From contig DAIEJF010000219.1 in the NCBI GenBank assembly GCA_027351005.1, positions 1 through 54,158 on the forward strand: a stretch of DNA of 54,158 nt, given 5' to 3'. Source of the DNA: Paracoccaceae bacterium (lineage in GTDB: Bacteria; Pseudomonadota; Alphaproteobacteria; Rhodobacterales; Rhodobacteraceae). A program made the position numbers and the translations under genes. This document shows, in pieces, positions 13,261 to 23,365 of this stretch. The notes under the pieces were generated by a model. That model did not search any database. It was not told where the DNA came from and saw only the letters and a list, made by a program, of their open reading frames with translations. Positions within the stretch are counted from its first letter, which is position 1. Each line of letters begins with the position of its first letter.

Positions 13261-14181
13261 TCAGGAGGACGCCTTCGAGCGCCCGAAATCCGGCGCCGCG
13301 GTATCCTGACCCGCCTCGATGATGCCCCGCCGGATGGCGCGGGTGCGGGTGAAATAGGCAAAGAGATGCTCGCCATCGCCCATGCGGATGGCGCGTTGCA
13401 GGGCAAACAGCTCTTCGGTGAAGCGGCCCAGGATCTCCAGCGTCGCGTCGCGGTTGGTCAGGAACACGTCGCGCCACATCGTGGGATCGGACGCCGCGAT
13501 CCGGGTAAAGTCGCGGAAGCCCGCCGCCGAATACTTGATGACCTCGCTGTCGGTGACGCGGCCCAGATCGTCGGCCACGCCCACCATCGTATAGGCGATC
13601 AGGTGCGGCGTGTGGCTGGTGACGGCCAGCACCAGATCGTGATGCACCGCGTCCATCTCGTCGACATTGGCGCCCATCTCTTGCAGCAGCGCGCGCAGCT
13701 TGGCCACCGCGCCCATGTCGGCCTGCGCCATCGGCGTCAGCAGCCACCAGCGGTTGGTGAACAGCGTGGCAAAGCCCGACCGCGGCCCCGAGAACTCGGT
13801 CCCCGCAATCGGGTGGCCGGGCACGAAATGCACGCCGGGCGGCATATGCGGGGCGACCGCCTCGATCACCGCTTGCTTGACCGACCCCACATCCGTCACC
13901 GTGGCGCCGGGCTTCAGATGGGGCGCGATTTCCGCCGCCACCGCCCCCATCGCGCCGACCGGCACCGCCAGCACCACCAGATCGGCGCCCGCGACCGCCT
14001 CGGCCGCGGTCTCGTGCACGGTGTCGCACAGCCCGAGTTGCAGCGCCACGGCGCGGGTCTCGGCGGTGCGGGCATGGCCGGAAATGGTGCCCACCATGCC
14101 CCCCTTCCGCATCGCATGCGACATCGACGAGGCGATCAGCCCCAACCCGATCAGGGCGACCTTCTCGTAGCGGATGGTCAT
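13261..14181 (-). CDS. tyrA: Prephenate/arogenate (cyclohexadienyl) dehydrogenase
   Basis: GLGLIASS Rossmann motif, [33 protein letters not shown]; ATGA overlap with hisC. Confidence 0.92.
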   Translation of the reverse strand: MTIRYEKVALIGLGLIASSMSHAMRKGGMVGTISGHARTAETRAVALQLGLCDTVHETAAEAVAGADLVVLAVPVGAMGAVAAEIAPHLKPGATVTDVGSVKQAVIEAVAPHMPPGVHFVPGHPIAGTEFSGPRSGFATLFTNRWWLLTPMAQADMGAVAKLRALLQEMGANVDEMDAVHHDLVLAVTSHTPHLIAYTMVGVADDLGRVTDSEVIKYSAAGFRDFTRIAASDPTMWRDVFLTNRDATLEILGRFTEELFALQRAIRMGDGEHLFAYFTRTRAIRRGIIEAGQDTAAPDFGRSKASS

Positions 14182-15266
14182 TCCTTCAGTCCCTTGAACT
14201 GGCCCACGGCATGCGCAACCCGGCGGCAGGCCGCCTCGTCGCCCACGGTAATGCGCAGGCAGTGCGGCAAGCCGTAGCCCGCCACGCGCCGCACGATCAG
14301 CCCTTGCGATTTCAGGTAGTCGTCGGCCGCCTCGGCCTCGGCCTGGTCGGCGAACCGCGCCAGGATGAAATTCGCCATCGACGTGTCGGACGGCACGCCC
14401 AGTTCGGCCAGCGCCTCGGCCAGCCAGCGCCGCACCCGGGCGTTTTCGGCCCGGCACTTCATGACATATTCCTGATCGCGCACCGCGGCCTCGGCCGTTT
14501 CAAGCTGGGTGGCCGACAGGTTGAAGGGCCCGCGGATCCGGTTCAGCACGTCGATGATGGGCTTGGGCCCGTAGCCCCAGCCGATGCGCAGCCCGCCAAG
14601 GCCATAGATCTTGGAAAACGTCCGCGTCATCACCACGTTCGTGCGCGCCTCGACCAGCGCCGCGCCACCGTCGTAGCCCGGAACATATTCGGCATAGGCG
14701 CCGTCCAGCACCAGGATCGCCTGCGGCGGCAGGCCCGCGGCCAGCCGCGCCACCTCGCCCGCGCCGATCATCGTGCCGGTCGGGTTGTTCGGGTTGGCCA
14801 GGAACACCAGCTTTGTGCGCCGGGTGCATGCGGCCAGGATCGCGTCGACGTCGGTGGTGCGTTCGCGTTCCGGCACGGCAACCGGGGTCGCCCCCACCGC
14901 GCGGGCCGAGATGTCGTACATCAGGAAGCCGTGCTCGGTGCGGATCACCTCGTCGCCCGGCCCCGCATAGGCCTGGCAGAGGAAGGTGATGATCTCGTCC
15001 GAGCCCACGCCACAGATGACGCGGGCGGGATCAAGCCCGTGCACCTCGCCAATCGCGGTGCGCAGGCTGGCGTGGTCGGTGTTGGGATAGCGATGCAGGC
15101 TGTGCACGGTGCGCAGGAAGGCATCCTTTGCCTTGTCCGACGGGCCGAACGGGTTTTCGTTCGACGACAGCTTCAGCGCATTTGCCACGCCGGCGACATG
15201 TCCCGCACCGCCCTGATAAAGGGCGATGTCGAGAATGCCGGGCTGCGGGCGGATCGCGTCACTCAT
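14178..15266 (-). CDS. hisC: Histidinol-phosphate aminotransferase
   Basis: [36 protein letters not shown]-lysine motif. Confidence 0.95.
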   Translation of the reverse strand: MSDAIRPQPGILDIALYQGGAGHVAGVANALKLSSNENPFGPSDKAKDAFLRTVHSLHRYPNTDHASLRTAIGEVHGLDPARVICGVGSDEIITFLCQAYAGPGDEVIRTEHGFLMYDISARAVGATPVAVPERERTTDVDAILAACTRRTKLVFLANPNNPTGTMIGAGEVARLAAGLPPQAILVLDGAYAEYVPGYDGGAALVEARTNVVMTRTFSKIYGLGGLRIGWGYGPKPIIDVLNRIRGPFNLSATQLETAEAAVRDQEYVMKCRAENARVRRWLAEALAELGVPSDTSMANFILARFADQAEAEAADDYLKSQGLIVRRVAGYGLPHCLRITVGDEAACRRVAHAVGQFKGLKE

Positions 15267-15420
15267 GCCAACCTCCTGAACGTCGGCGCCTGAATAAACG
15301 CGCCCCGCGCGCAAGGCCAGTGTCATTTCGGCCAGGGTCACCCCGGCCATCGGAATGACGGCCTGCGGCGCGCGCAGGCGGGCCCTGCCGGACGGGGCCC
15401 CGCCGGACGGAGACCGCGCC

Positions 15421-15960
15421 CTAATGCCGGGTGGTGCGCGCCAGCAGCCAGTCCATCGCAGCCAGCAACGCCCCCGAGGCCACGAAGGTCAGATGGATGA
15501 CCACCATCCAGTAAAGCTGCGTCTCTTGCCCGGGCGAGGAAAAACCCTCTTCGCCGACTTCCATGAACCGCTTCAGCAGCGCGATCCCCGAGATCGCCAC
15601 GATCGACGCGATCAGCTTGATCTTGAGTCCCTGGAAATCGACCTTGCCCATCCAGTCCGGCCGGTCTTCTGCGACGCCGATGTCGAACTTCGAGACGAAG
15701 TTCTCGTAGCCCGAGAACATGACGATCAGCAGCAGGTTGGCCGCCAGCGTCATGTCGATCAGGGTCAGCCCGGCCAGGATCGCCTGCTCCCCCGTCATCG
15801 ACATCAGCTTTTCGCCATAGCCCACCAGCTCGCGCAGATAGACCACGACCATGCCGATCAGCGCGGCCACCAGCCCCAGATACATCGGCGCCATCAGCCA
15901 CCGCGAGGTGAACAGCATCCGTTCCACGACCCGTTCCGATGTCGGCTTCTGCTGCATCAT
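15421..15960 (-). CDS. UPF0114/TIGR00645 (YqhA-like) membrane protein
   Basis: [34 protein letters not shown]. Confidence 0.85.
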   Translation of the reverse strand: MMQQKPTSERVVERMLFTSRWLMAPMYLGLVAALIGMVVVYLRELVGYGEKLMSMTGEQAILAGLTLIDMTLAANLLLIVMFSGYENFVSKFDIGVAEDRPDWMGKVDFQGLKIKLIASIVAISGIALLKRFMEVGEEGFSSPGQETQLYWMVVIHLTFVASGALLAAMDWLLARTTRH

Positions 15961-16006
15961 GTACCCCCTGCTCACATCTGCTCGCAGCCATGCCAAAACG
16001 GGGCCG

Positions 16007-16040
16007 AAATGCAAGAGGCCCGCGCATCGCGCGGGCCTTT
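16007..16040. terminator. Hairpin/terminator downstream of rpsD
   Basis: AGGCCCGCGC-ATC-GCGCGGGCCT 10-bp stem about 25 nt after the rpsD stop; weak U-tract. Confidence 0.6.
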
Positions 16041-16063
16041 CGTCTTCACACAGACGCGAAGGA

Positions 16064-16684
16064 TCAGTTCTTCGCGTAGTATTCCACGACCAGGTTCGGT
16101 TCCATTTGCACCGGATAGGGCACATCGCCCAGGCCCGGCTGGCGGACGAACTTCGCGGTCATCTTCGAGTGGTCGACCTCGATGTAATCGGGCACGTCAC
16201 GCTCGGTCAGCGCGACCGATTCGAGCACGATCGCCAGTTGCTTCGACCGGGCACGCACTTCGACCACATCGCCTTCCTTCACGCGGAAGGACGCGATGTT
16301 GACGCGCTTGCCGTTCACCAGGATGTGGCCGTGGTTCACGAACTGGCGGGCAGCGAACATGGTCGGCACGAACTTGGCGCGGTAGATCACCGCATCCAGA
16401 CGGCGCTCCAGCAGGCCGATCAGCATCTCGCCGGTGTCGCCGCGCAGGCGTTCCGCCTCGGCATAGACCTTGCGGAACTGCTTTTCCGTCACGTCGCCGT
16501 AGTAGCCCTTCAGCTTCTGCTTGGCGCGCAGCTGGGTGCCGAAATCCGACAGCTTGTTCTTGCGGCGCTGACCGTGCTGGCCCGGGCCGTATTCGCGCTT
16601 GTTCAGCGGCGACTTGGCGCGGCCCCAGATGTTTTCGCCCATCCGGCGGTCGATCTTGTACTTGGCAGCGGTGCGTTTGGTCAC
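16064..16684 (-). CDS. rpsD: 30S ribosomal protein S4
   Basis: GTG start after AAGGAG; [35 protein letters not shown]. Confidence 0.98.
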   Translation of the reverse strand: MTKRTAAKYKIDRRMGENIWGRAKSPLNKREYGPGQHGQRRKNKLSDFGTQLRAKQKLKGYYGDVTEKQFRKVYAEAERLRGDTGEMLIGLLERRLDAVIYRAKFVPTMFAARQFVNHGHILVNGKRVNIASFRVKEGDVVEVRARSKQLAIVLESVALTERDVPDYIEVDHSKMTAKFVRQPGLGDVPYPVQMEPNLVVEYYAKN

Positions 16685-16703
16685 CCCTGATCTCCTTCTG
16701 CGG

Positions 16704-16785
16704 TGCCCCCTGGGGGCGATTGAAGGGCGTTGTCCTTTTCCCGTTGCCGGGCGACAGGTTTCCCCTTGCGGGGTCCGCCAACACC
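16704..16785 (-). promoter_or_regulatory. Candidate structured 5' leader of rpsD
   Basis: Two GCAA-tetraloop hairpins inside a GGUGUU/AACGCC closing helix, plus a GCCCC/GGGGC hairpin before the RBS. Confidence 0.5.
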
Positions 16786-16823
16786 AAATGAATGCTCCGG
16801 CCACGGCGGGCCGGAACGGGGGG

Positions 16824-16851
16824 CTTATACAGCCGCGCGCCGTGGTGTCAA
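16824..16851 (-). promoter_or_regulatory. Candidate sigma70 promoter of rpsD
   Basis: TTGACA-16 nt-TATAAG. Confidence 0.65.
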
Positions 16852-16868
16852 TGGCCGGGGGGGCGGGG

Positions 16869-17945
16869 TCAGGCCACGTCGTGCCGCAGGATCGCGGCTT
16901 CCGAGGCGGTCAGGTTGCGCCGCGCATGGCCCCCGTATCGGTCGGGGTCCTGATCGAGCCCCGGAAAGAGCCGCAGCAACTCTGCCCGCTGCACCGGGTT
17001 CACCGTCTCCAGCGAGGTGTTTGAGGGGTGGAAGCTTTCGGTCTCTAGCCCGTTGGCCCAGACAATCTGGTGGCGCGCCAGCAGGATGTGCACATAGGTC
17101 ACCTCGCGCAGCGTGCCGTCCACGAAGATCGTGTCCCCGTTCACCAGATCCTTTGCGGTCACCAGCACCTCTGGGTCGTTGAACAGCGCCAGCGCGGCGG
17201 GCCCGCGCACCAGCATCCGGTGCTGGGGCGACACCAGCAGGTCATCCTCGGGTCGGCCGGTTCCCAGCGCGGCGGCCTTCAGCCGCACCGGCCGCAGGTG
17301 CGGCATCGCGAAAAGCCGCGCGCCGGTCATCCGGCGGTGGCCGGTCCACAGCACCTCCTGCGGGCCGTCATCGCGGGTCAGGATGCGGTCGCCGGGGCGC
17401 AGGCTTTCGATGGCGCGCGCGCCCCCGGGCGTGGCGATGCGGGTGCCGGGGGTGAAGCAGATGACCCCACCGGCCAGCGGGCTGTCATCGAAGCGCCCGT
17501 CGGCGGGCAGGGCCGCGCGCACGACCCAGTGTTCGACCCCTTCTTCGGGCATCTCGCCCAGAAACATCACAAGACGTGCGCCGTGGTCGGGCGCGTCGAT
17601 CACCGTGGCGGCATAGCTGCGGCGGCCATCGGTCAGCACGAAACCCTGATCGGGGACATCGTCCGCCACATCCCCGGGCTGTGCGGTCCTGCCCGGGCCT
17701 GCCCCGTCTGCCAACGCCGCGCCCAGAAGGCGGCGGACGGATCTGGCGGCATGGCGACGCAGGTCGGCGCCGGTGCGGTCGCCCTGAAGCAGAAGAACAC
17801 CCTGCGGCCCGTCGATCCGGACGGCCTCGCCCGTCCAGCGCCAGCTTGCCCCGGTTTCAACGCTGTCGATCGGGGCCGCGCGCAGACCGTCAACCTCGGT
17901 CTGGGCCCAGGAAACAACGAACGTGCCACGAAAGCCCGTTTTCAT
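16869..17945 (-). CDS. Hint (bacterial intein-like, type B) domain protein
   Basis: [16 protein letters not shown] (Cys1), [10 protein letters not shown] (block B His), [23 protein letters not shown]. Confidence 0.88.
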   Translation of the reverse strand: MKTGFRGTFVVSWAQTEVDGLRAAPIDSVETGASWRWTGEAVRIDGPQGVLLLQGDRTGADLRRHAARSVRRLLGAALADGAGPGRTAQPGDVADDVPDQGFVLTDGRRSYAATVIDAPDHGARLVMFLGEMPEEGVEHWVVRAALPADGRFDDSPLAGGVICFTPGTRIATPGGARAIESLRPGDRILTRDDGPQEVLWTGHRRMTGARLFAMPHLRPVRLKAAALGTGRPEDDLLVSPQHRMLVRGPAALALFNDPEVLVTAKDLVNGDTIFVDGTLREVTYVHILLARHQIVWANGLETESFHPSNTSLETVNPVQRAELLRLFPGLDQDPDRYGGHARRNLTASEAAILRHDVA

Positions 17946-18158
17946 GATCGTACGCCTGTCACTACTGCCCGAGCTTTTGCTCTTTTGTCTTGCGGCAGTT
18001 TTAACATGTGGCCGCATTTCTGGAAACAAGTTTAGGCAAGACGCGCCCGGCGCCCCGCCGCCACCGTCTACCTGCCCGCCGGCGCTGGATACCGATGTGC
18101 CGCGTCGAGGCAAGCAGCCGCCAGGGCGTTCGATGGATATAAATGAGAGGGTGAAAGG

Positions 18159-18234
18159 TGGTGCCCAGAGCCGGAATCGAACCAGCGACACGCGGATTTT
18201 CAATCCGCTGCTCTACCAACTGAGCTATCTGGGC
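18159..18234 (-). tRNA. tRNA-Phe (anticodon GAA)
   Basis: GCCCAGA acceptor stem, D arm AGCTCAGTTGGTAGAGC, anticodon loop TTGAAAA, GGTTCGATTCC T arm, encoded CCA; 76 nt. Confidence 0.98.
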
Positions 18235-18324
18235 GCCGTGCCGCCCGTCGGGCAGCAGGAGTGGCGGTGTATTAGAAGAGGCGCCGTGGACTGTCCAGAG
18301 CCTTTTCGGAAAAATCTCGGCCCG

Positions 18325-18510
18325 TCACTGCGGCCGCGGCGGGGGCGGCGGCAGGTCGTCGTCGGGCGGGCTTTCCTCTTCCTCCAGCGCCTTGCCGGGG
18401 ATGACGTAATCGCCTTTCAGCCAGCGCCCAAGGTCGATGTCGGCGCAGCGGCGCGAGCAGAAGGGGCGGTATTTCGCGTCCGCCGCCTTGCCGCAGATCG
18501 GGCAACTCAT
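18325..18510 (-). CDS. yacG: DNA gyrase inhibitor YacG
   Basis: CPICGK...[15 protein letters not shown] zinc finger. Confidence 0.95.
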   Translation of the reverse strand: MSCPICGKAADAKYRPFCSRRCADIDLGRWLKGDYVIPGKALEEEESPPDDDLPPPPPRPQ

Positions 18511-19547
18511 GCCAGCGCCTCGCGCAGCGGCGGGCGGTCGCGGCGGCGCTGCAGTTCGTAATTGCCCAGCGGCGTCCAGCCCGCCAGGCTGGTTTCGGCC
18601 GCCTCGTGGCGGAAGGCCGCCTTCAGCACCTGATCCAGCGTGGCGCGGTCCTTCTTGGGCATCGGCGCGAAATCGACCACCACCTGCCCACCCAGGCCCC
18701 GCAGCCGAAGCTGCCGCGGCAGATCACGGGCGGCCGCGATATTGGCCTTGAGGCTGGCCGCGGGCGACGTGTCGGTGCCGGTGTTGACATCGACCGCGAT
18801 CAGGGCCCGTGTGGGCTCGATCACCATGCTGCCGCCACCGGGAAGATCGACCGCGGGGGCAAGAAGCGCGTCGATCATCTCCTCCACCCCCAGATCGCGG
18901 AAGGCGCCGTCGCCGTCCATCACTTCGTCGGGGGCGGGCTCGGCCCAGTCGCGCCAGGCCTGCAAGGCCGCGTCGGGCGCATCGACCAGCAGTTCCGGCC
19001 CGCCGGTCACGTCGGCCAGCACCGCTTCGGCCAGCGCGCGGGTGTCCGCGATGTCTTCGGCCACCTCGTCGGGCGCGGCATGGGCGGCGGCAGAGCGCAC
19101 GATCAGACCCAGCGTCTCGTCGGCGCCGGCCATGGCCTCGGCCGCGATCTCGCCCAGTTCGGCGCGGATGTCGTCATCCTTGATGCCGCGCGCGATGTTC
19201 AAGCCCGGTGCGCCGGGGGTCACGATGCAATGGCGGCTGCGGAACAGCACACGGGTCGAGACCGGCAGCGCCTTGCCCGCTTCGGCGGACCCGGTGACCT
19301 GCACGATGACCGCCTGCCCCGGCGACAGGCCGTTGACCTGTTTGAGGAAGCCCTTGCCCTCGGGTAGCTTCACGAAGACGCCGCCCTGCCCCTTCATCGG
19401 TCGCTCGACCACGGCGCGCAGGATGGCGCCGGGGCCCGGCACGTCGTCGGGCGGGTCGATCAGCAGGTCTTCCAGCCGCCCGTCGACCACCAGCGCCGCG
19501 GCGCCGCGCCCTGCGATGCGGTCGATTGCCACCACCCGGCCCTTCAT
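18507..19547 (-). CDS. Ribonuclease E/G family protein
   Basis: [31 protein letters not shown]; located between maf and yacG. Confidence 0.88.
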   Translation of the reverse strand: MKGRVVAIDRIAGRGAAALVVDGRLEDLLIDPPDDVPGPGAILRAVVERPMKGQGGVFVKLPEGKGFLKQVNGLSPGQAVIVQVTGSAEAGKALPVSTRVLFRSRHCIVTPGAPGLNIARGIKDDDIRAELGEIAAEAMAGADETLGLIVRSAAAHAAPDEVAEDIADTRALAEAVLADVTGGPELLVDAPDAALQAWRDWAEPAPDEVMDGDGAFRDLGVEEMIDALLAPAVDLPGGGSMVIEPTRALIAVDVNTGTDTSPAASLKANIAAARDLPRQLRLRGLGGQVVVDFAPMPKKDRATLDQVLKAAFRHEAAETSLAGWTPLGNYELQRRRDRPPLREALA

Positions 19548-20122
19548 GCCGCTCCTCCCTGCACCGGCAGCCCGGCTGCCGCCAGCAGCGCCGCCGTTTC
19601 CGCCACGGGCAGACCCACCACCCCGGTGAAGCTGCCCTGAATCCACGGGATGAAGGCCCCGGCGCGGCCCTGGATGCCATAGGCCCCGGCCTTGCCCTGC
19701 CATTCGCCGCTGTCCAGATAGCCGTTCAACTCGGCATCCGACAGGCGCTTCATCTTCACCGCCGTCACCACCGCGCGCTGCCAGAGCCGGTCGCCCCGCT
19801 TCACGGCCACGGCTGTGATGACCTCGTGTCGCCGCCCGCCCAGTGCCACCAGGAAGGCCGCCGCCTCGCCCGCGTCGCGCGGTTTGCCGAGGATGCGCCG
19901 ACCCAGCGCCACGGTGGTGTCGGCGCAAAGCACGATGTCATCGGGCCCGGCCGGGATGGCGGCGACCTTCTCGCGCGCCATGCGGGCGCAATAGGGCCGC
20001 GGCAGTTCGGCGCGGGCGGGATCTTCGTTGATGTCGGGCGCCACGATCGCATCGGGCACAAGGCCGAGCTGCGCCAGAAGCTCTTTCCGGCGCGGGCTCG
20101 CGGAGCCGAGGATCAGTCTCAC
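19544..20122 (-). CDS. maf: Maf family nucleotide pyrophosphatase
   Basis: [34 protein letters not shown]. Confidence 0.93.
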   Translation of the reverse strand: MRLILGSASPRRKELLAQLGLVPDAIVAPDINEDPARAELPRPYCARMAREKVAAIPAGPDDIVLCADTTVALGRRILGKPRDAGEAAAFLVALGGRRHEVITAVAVKRGDRLWQRAVVTAVKMKRLSDAELNGYLDSGEWQGKAGAYGIQGRAGAFIPWIQGSFTGVVGLPVAETAALLAAAGLPVQGGAA

Positions 20123-20337
20123 CTGAAACGGTAGTTGATGCGCCCCTTCGACAGGTCGTAGGGCGTCATTTCCACCTGCACCTTGTCGCCGGCAAGAACC
20201 CGGATGCGATTCTTGCGCATCTTGCCTGCCATCGTCGCGATCAGTTCATGGCCGTTGTCCAGCTCGACCCTGAATGTCGCGTTCGGCAGGAGTTCCTTGA
20301 CGACACCGGGGAATTCGAGCGTGTCTTCCTTGGCCAT
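20119..20337 (-). CDS. infA: Translation initiation factor IF-1
   Basis: [13 protein letters not shown]...[25 protein letters not shown]. Confidence 0.98.
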   Translation of the reverse strand: MAKEDTLEFPGVVKELLPNATFRVELDNGHELIATMAGKMRKNRIRVLAGDKVQVEMTPYDLSKGRINYRFR

Positions 20338-20433
20338 GGTCACTCCAGTTCGCGTCCCCGCGGATCGCGGGCGGCCAGTAAATGCGCCCGAACGCCGAGG
20401 TTTTCAAGGGCAAATGCGCAGGGTAAAGGCGGT

Positions 20434-20898
20434 TCAGCCCGGCTGAGGGTCGCGCGGCGGGCCAAAACGGGCCAGCATCCGGTCGCGGATCTGGTCGCGG
20501 CTTTGCCGATAGGCCGAAAGCTTTGCCTCGCGGCTTTCGCCAAGCCCGGTCGGGTCGAGGATCGGCCAGTACTCGACATCAAGGTGATAATACCGCGTCA
20601 GTTCCAGCGCCATCCGCTGGCTGGCGGGCGACAGCGCCACGATCAGGTCGAACCCCGACAGGTCATCGCCCCATTGCTTCATCTCGTCGAAACTGCGCGA
20701 GCGGTGGCGCGCCAGTTCGATCCCGATCTCCTGGCAGACCGAGACGGCGAAGCCGTCGATCTCCATGTCGTTCTTCACGCCCGCGGACTGCACATAGGTG
20801 GCGTGGCCGTAGAACTTCTTCATCATGCCTTCCGCCATGGGCGAGCGGACGGCGTTGTGATCGCAACAGAACAGCACCGATGACGGCAGGTTGCCCAA
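20434..20898 (-). CDS. Low-molecular-weight phosphatase/ArsC-like family protein
   Basis: VLFCCDHNAVRSPMAE Cx5R loop, SAG, WPILDP. Confidence 0.85.
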   Translation of the reverse strand: MGNLPSSVLFCCDHNAVRSPMAEGMMKKFYGHATYVQSAGVKNDMEIDGFAVSVCQEIGIELARHRSRSFDEMKQWGDDLSGFDLIVALSPASQRMALELTRYYHLDVEYWPILDPTGLGESREAKLSAYRQSRDQIRDRMLARFGPPRDPQPG

Positions 20899-20904
20899 GA
20901 TGGC

Positions 20905-21384
20905 TCAGCCCCAGTGCAACACGCAGATCAGGGTGAAAAGCCGCCGCGCGGTGTCGATATCGACCGCGGCCTTGCCTTCCAGCCGTTCCTGCAAGACACG
21001 CGCCCCCTCGTTGTGGATGCCGCGGCGGGCCATGTCGATGGCCTCGATCTGGCTGGGCGGCAGACGCTTCACCGCCTCGAAATAGCTTTCGCAGATCTGA
21101 AAGTAATCCTTCACCACCTGGCGGAACGGCCCCAGCGACAGATGGAATTCGCCCACCCGTTCGGCGCCTTCGGTCGCGATGTCGAACACCAGACGCCCCT
21201 CGCGGATAGCCAGGTTCAGCCGGTAGGGCCCGGCGGGCACCGCCTTGCCGTCGCGCGTGGGCAGCAGGAAGGAATTGTCCTCGAGCAGGTCAAAGATGGC
21301 GACGCGGCGTTCCTGCTCGATCTCGGGCGTGGGCGGGGCCAGCCCGGTATCGTCGATGGCGATGTGGCAGATGCGGTTCGTCAT
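20905..21384 (-). CDS. UPF0262 family protein
   Basis: EQERRVAIFDLLEDNSF, IEAIDMARRGIHNEG, TARRLFTLICVLH. Confidence 0.85.
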   Translation of the reverse strand: MTNRICHIAIDDTGLAPPTPEIEQERRVAIFDLLEDNSFLLPTRDGKAVPAGPYRLNLAIREGRLVFDIATEGAERVGEFHLSLGPFRQVVKDYFQICESYFEAVKRLPPSQIEAIDMARRGIHNEGARVLQERLEGKAAVDIDTARRLFTLICVLHWG

Positions 21385-21482
21385 GGCCGGTCCTTCGTCG
21401 CACCCGACCGTGATGCCCGAGCGGGCCGGGCCGCGCAAGCAGGACGTGGCGCCGCGGCGGGGCGGGCCGACGCGGGCCCGCC

Positions 21483-22796
21483 TCAGCCCGCCTCGTTCAG
21501 CCGGTCCAGCCGGGCGCGCACGCTGAGCCCGTGGGCTTGCAGGCTTTCGCTGATCGCCAGCGTCTCGGCCGCCGGGCCGATGGCCTTCAACGCCGCGGGC
21601 GTCATCCGGGCAAGCGTGGTACGCTTGAGGAAATCCATCACCGACAGGCCCGACGAGAAGCGCGCCGACCGCGCGGTGGGCAGAACGTGATTCGGGCCGC
21701 CGACGTAATCGCCGATGGCCTCGGGCGTCCAGGGGCCCAGGAAGATCGCCCCGGCATGCGTGATGCGGGTGGCCAGCGTCTCGGGGGCGTCGACGCACAG
21801 TTCCAGGTGTTCAGGCGCGATGCGGTTCGACAGCGCCGCGGCTTCGTCCAGATCGCGGGTGACGATGACGGCGCCATAGTCGCGCCAGCTTGCGCCCGCG
21901 ATGGCGCGGCGCTCCAGTGTCTCAAGCCGCGCCTCGACCGCTGCGGTGACGGCACGCGCAAAGGCGGCATCGGGAGTGACCAGGATCGCCTGGGCGCTTT
22001 CGTCATGCTCGGCCTGGCTGAGCAGGTCAAGCGCGACCCAGTCGGGATCGGTCGCACCGTCGGCGATCACCAGGATTTCAGAAGGCCCGGCGATCATGTC
22101 GATACCGACCTTGCCGAAGACGCGCCGCTTGGCGGCGGCCACATAGGCATTGCCGGGGCCGGTGATCTTGTCGACCGGGGAAATGGTGGCCGTGCCATAG
22201 GCCAGCGCCGCGATCGCCTGCGCTCCGCCGATGCGGTAGACGGTTTCCACCCCGGCCAGCCGCGCGGCCAGCAGCACCAGCGGGTTGGCCTGCCCCCCCG
22301 GCGTGGGGGCGCAGATCACCAGCCGTTCCACCCCTGCCACCTTTGCGGGGATCGCGTTCATCAGCACCGAGGACGGGTAGGACGCCAGCCCCCCCGGCAC
22401 ATAAAGACCGGCGGCCGAGACCGGCGTCCAGCGCCAGCCGAGGCTTGCGCCCTCGGGGTCGGTCCAGCGGGCATCCTGCGGCATCTGGCGGACGTGATAG
22501 GCCCGGATGCGTTCGGCCGCGAGTTCCAGCGCGGCGCGTTCGACGGCAGGCACCTTGGCGCATTCGGCCGCGATCTCGGCCGGGGAAAAGGCGAGCGTCT
22601 CGGGCGTCAGCCGCAGGCGGTCGAACCGTTCGGTCAGTTCGATGACGGCCGCGTCGCCGCGGGCGCGCACATCGGCGATGATGGCGGCGACGGCGTCATC
22701 GACATCGGGCGCGTCCTCGCGCTTGGCAGACAGAAGCGCCGCGAAGGCAGCTTCGAAACCGGCATCGGCGGTGGACAGGAAAACGGGCATGGGCAT
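21483..22796 (-). CDS. hisD: Histidinol dehydrogenase
   Basis: GLYVPGG, GPGNAYV, IDMIAGPSE, SQAEHD, APEHL, GPNHVLPT. Confidence 0.97.
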   Translation of the reverse strand: MPMPVFLSTADAGFEAAFAALLSAKREDAPDVDDAVAAIIADVRARGDAAVIELTERFDRLRLTPETLAFSPAEIAAECAKVPAVERAALELAAERIRAYHVRQMPQDARWTDPEGASLGWRWTPVSAAGLYVPGGLASYPSSVLMNAIPAKVAGVERLVICAPTPGGQANPLVLLAARLAGVETVYRIGGAQAIAALAYGTATISPVDKITGPGNAYVAAAKRRVFGKVGIDMIAGPSEILVIADGATDPDWVALDLLSQAEHDESAQAILVTPDAAFARAVTAAVEARLETLERRAIAGASWRDYGAVIVTRDLDEAAALSNRIAPEHLELCVDAPETLATRITHAGAIFLGPWTPEAIGDYVGGPNHVLPTARSARFSSGLSVMDFLKRTTLARMTPAALKAIGPAAETLAISESLQAHGLSVRARLDRLNEAG

Positions 22797-22857
22797 CCCC
22801 TCTTGCGTGCGCCTCCCATAGCGCGGCGGGGCGGCCCCCGCAACCGCGGGCCCTGCG

Positions 22858-23310
22858 TCAGATCAGCAGGCCCGCTGCGCCTTCCAGCCGCAGGAGCGCG
22901 ACCTTGGTCTCGACCCCCACCCCGCCGGAAAAGCCGCCAAGCCCGCTGGCGCCCAGCACCCGGTGGCAGGGGATCAGGATCGGGATCGGATTGGCCCCGC
23001 AGGCCTGGCCGATGGCCCGCGCCGGGGCGCCCATCTGGCGGGCGATCTCGCCATAGCTGCGGGTCCAGCCATAGGGAATGGTGCGCAGGATGGCCAGGAA
23101 GCCCTGCTGGAATGGCCCGCCCGCGGGCGCCAGCGGCAGGTCGAACACGGTCAGTCGGCGATCGAAATAAGCGGCAAGCTGGGCCGCCGCCTCGGCCAGC
23201 AATGGCGATGTGCCGCCGCCGCCCCGGCCCCAGGTCAGCCGGGTGATGGCGCCGCCGGTCTCTTCGACCGTAACCGGGCCGGTGGGCGTGTCGATCGTTG
23301 CGCGTATCAT
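22858..23310 (-). CDS. ogt: Methylated-DNA--protein-cysteine methyltransferase
   Basis: IPYG..SYGEIA, NPIPILIPCHRV active site. Confidence 0.9.
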   Translation of the reverse strand: MIRATIDTPTGPVTVEETGGAITRLTWGRGGGGTSPLLAEAAAQLAAYFDRRLTVFDLPLAPAGGPFQQGFLAILRTIPYGWTRSYGEIARQMGAPARAIGQACGANPIPILIPCHRVLGASGLGGFSGGVGVETKVALLRLEGAAGLLI

Positions 23311-23365
23311 GGCACGATCCTGCGCGCGGCCCGGCGCAAGGGCAAGCCCGCGCCGGGCTGGGGGC

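Noticed and set aside
11784-13406. 540-aa minus-strand ORF and 441-aa plus-strand ORF (11706-13031) as real fusion proteins
   Set aside because: Each is an overextension through the antisense of its divergent neighbour; the plausible starts are 12173 and 12237.
16869-17945. Hint protein as a mobile intein or polymorphic toxin
   Set aside because: No homing endonuclease, no His-Asn/Cys-Ser-Thr splice junction, and no toxin domain or immunity gene.
16869-18234. Genomic island at the 3' end of tRNA-Phe
   Set aside because: No integrase, no duplicated tRNA 3' end seen, and rpsD follows after a single gene.
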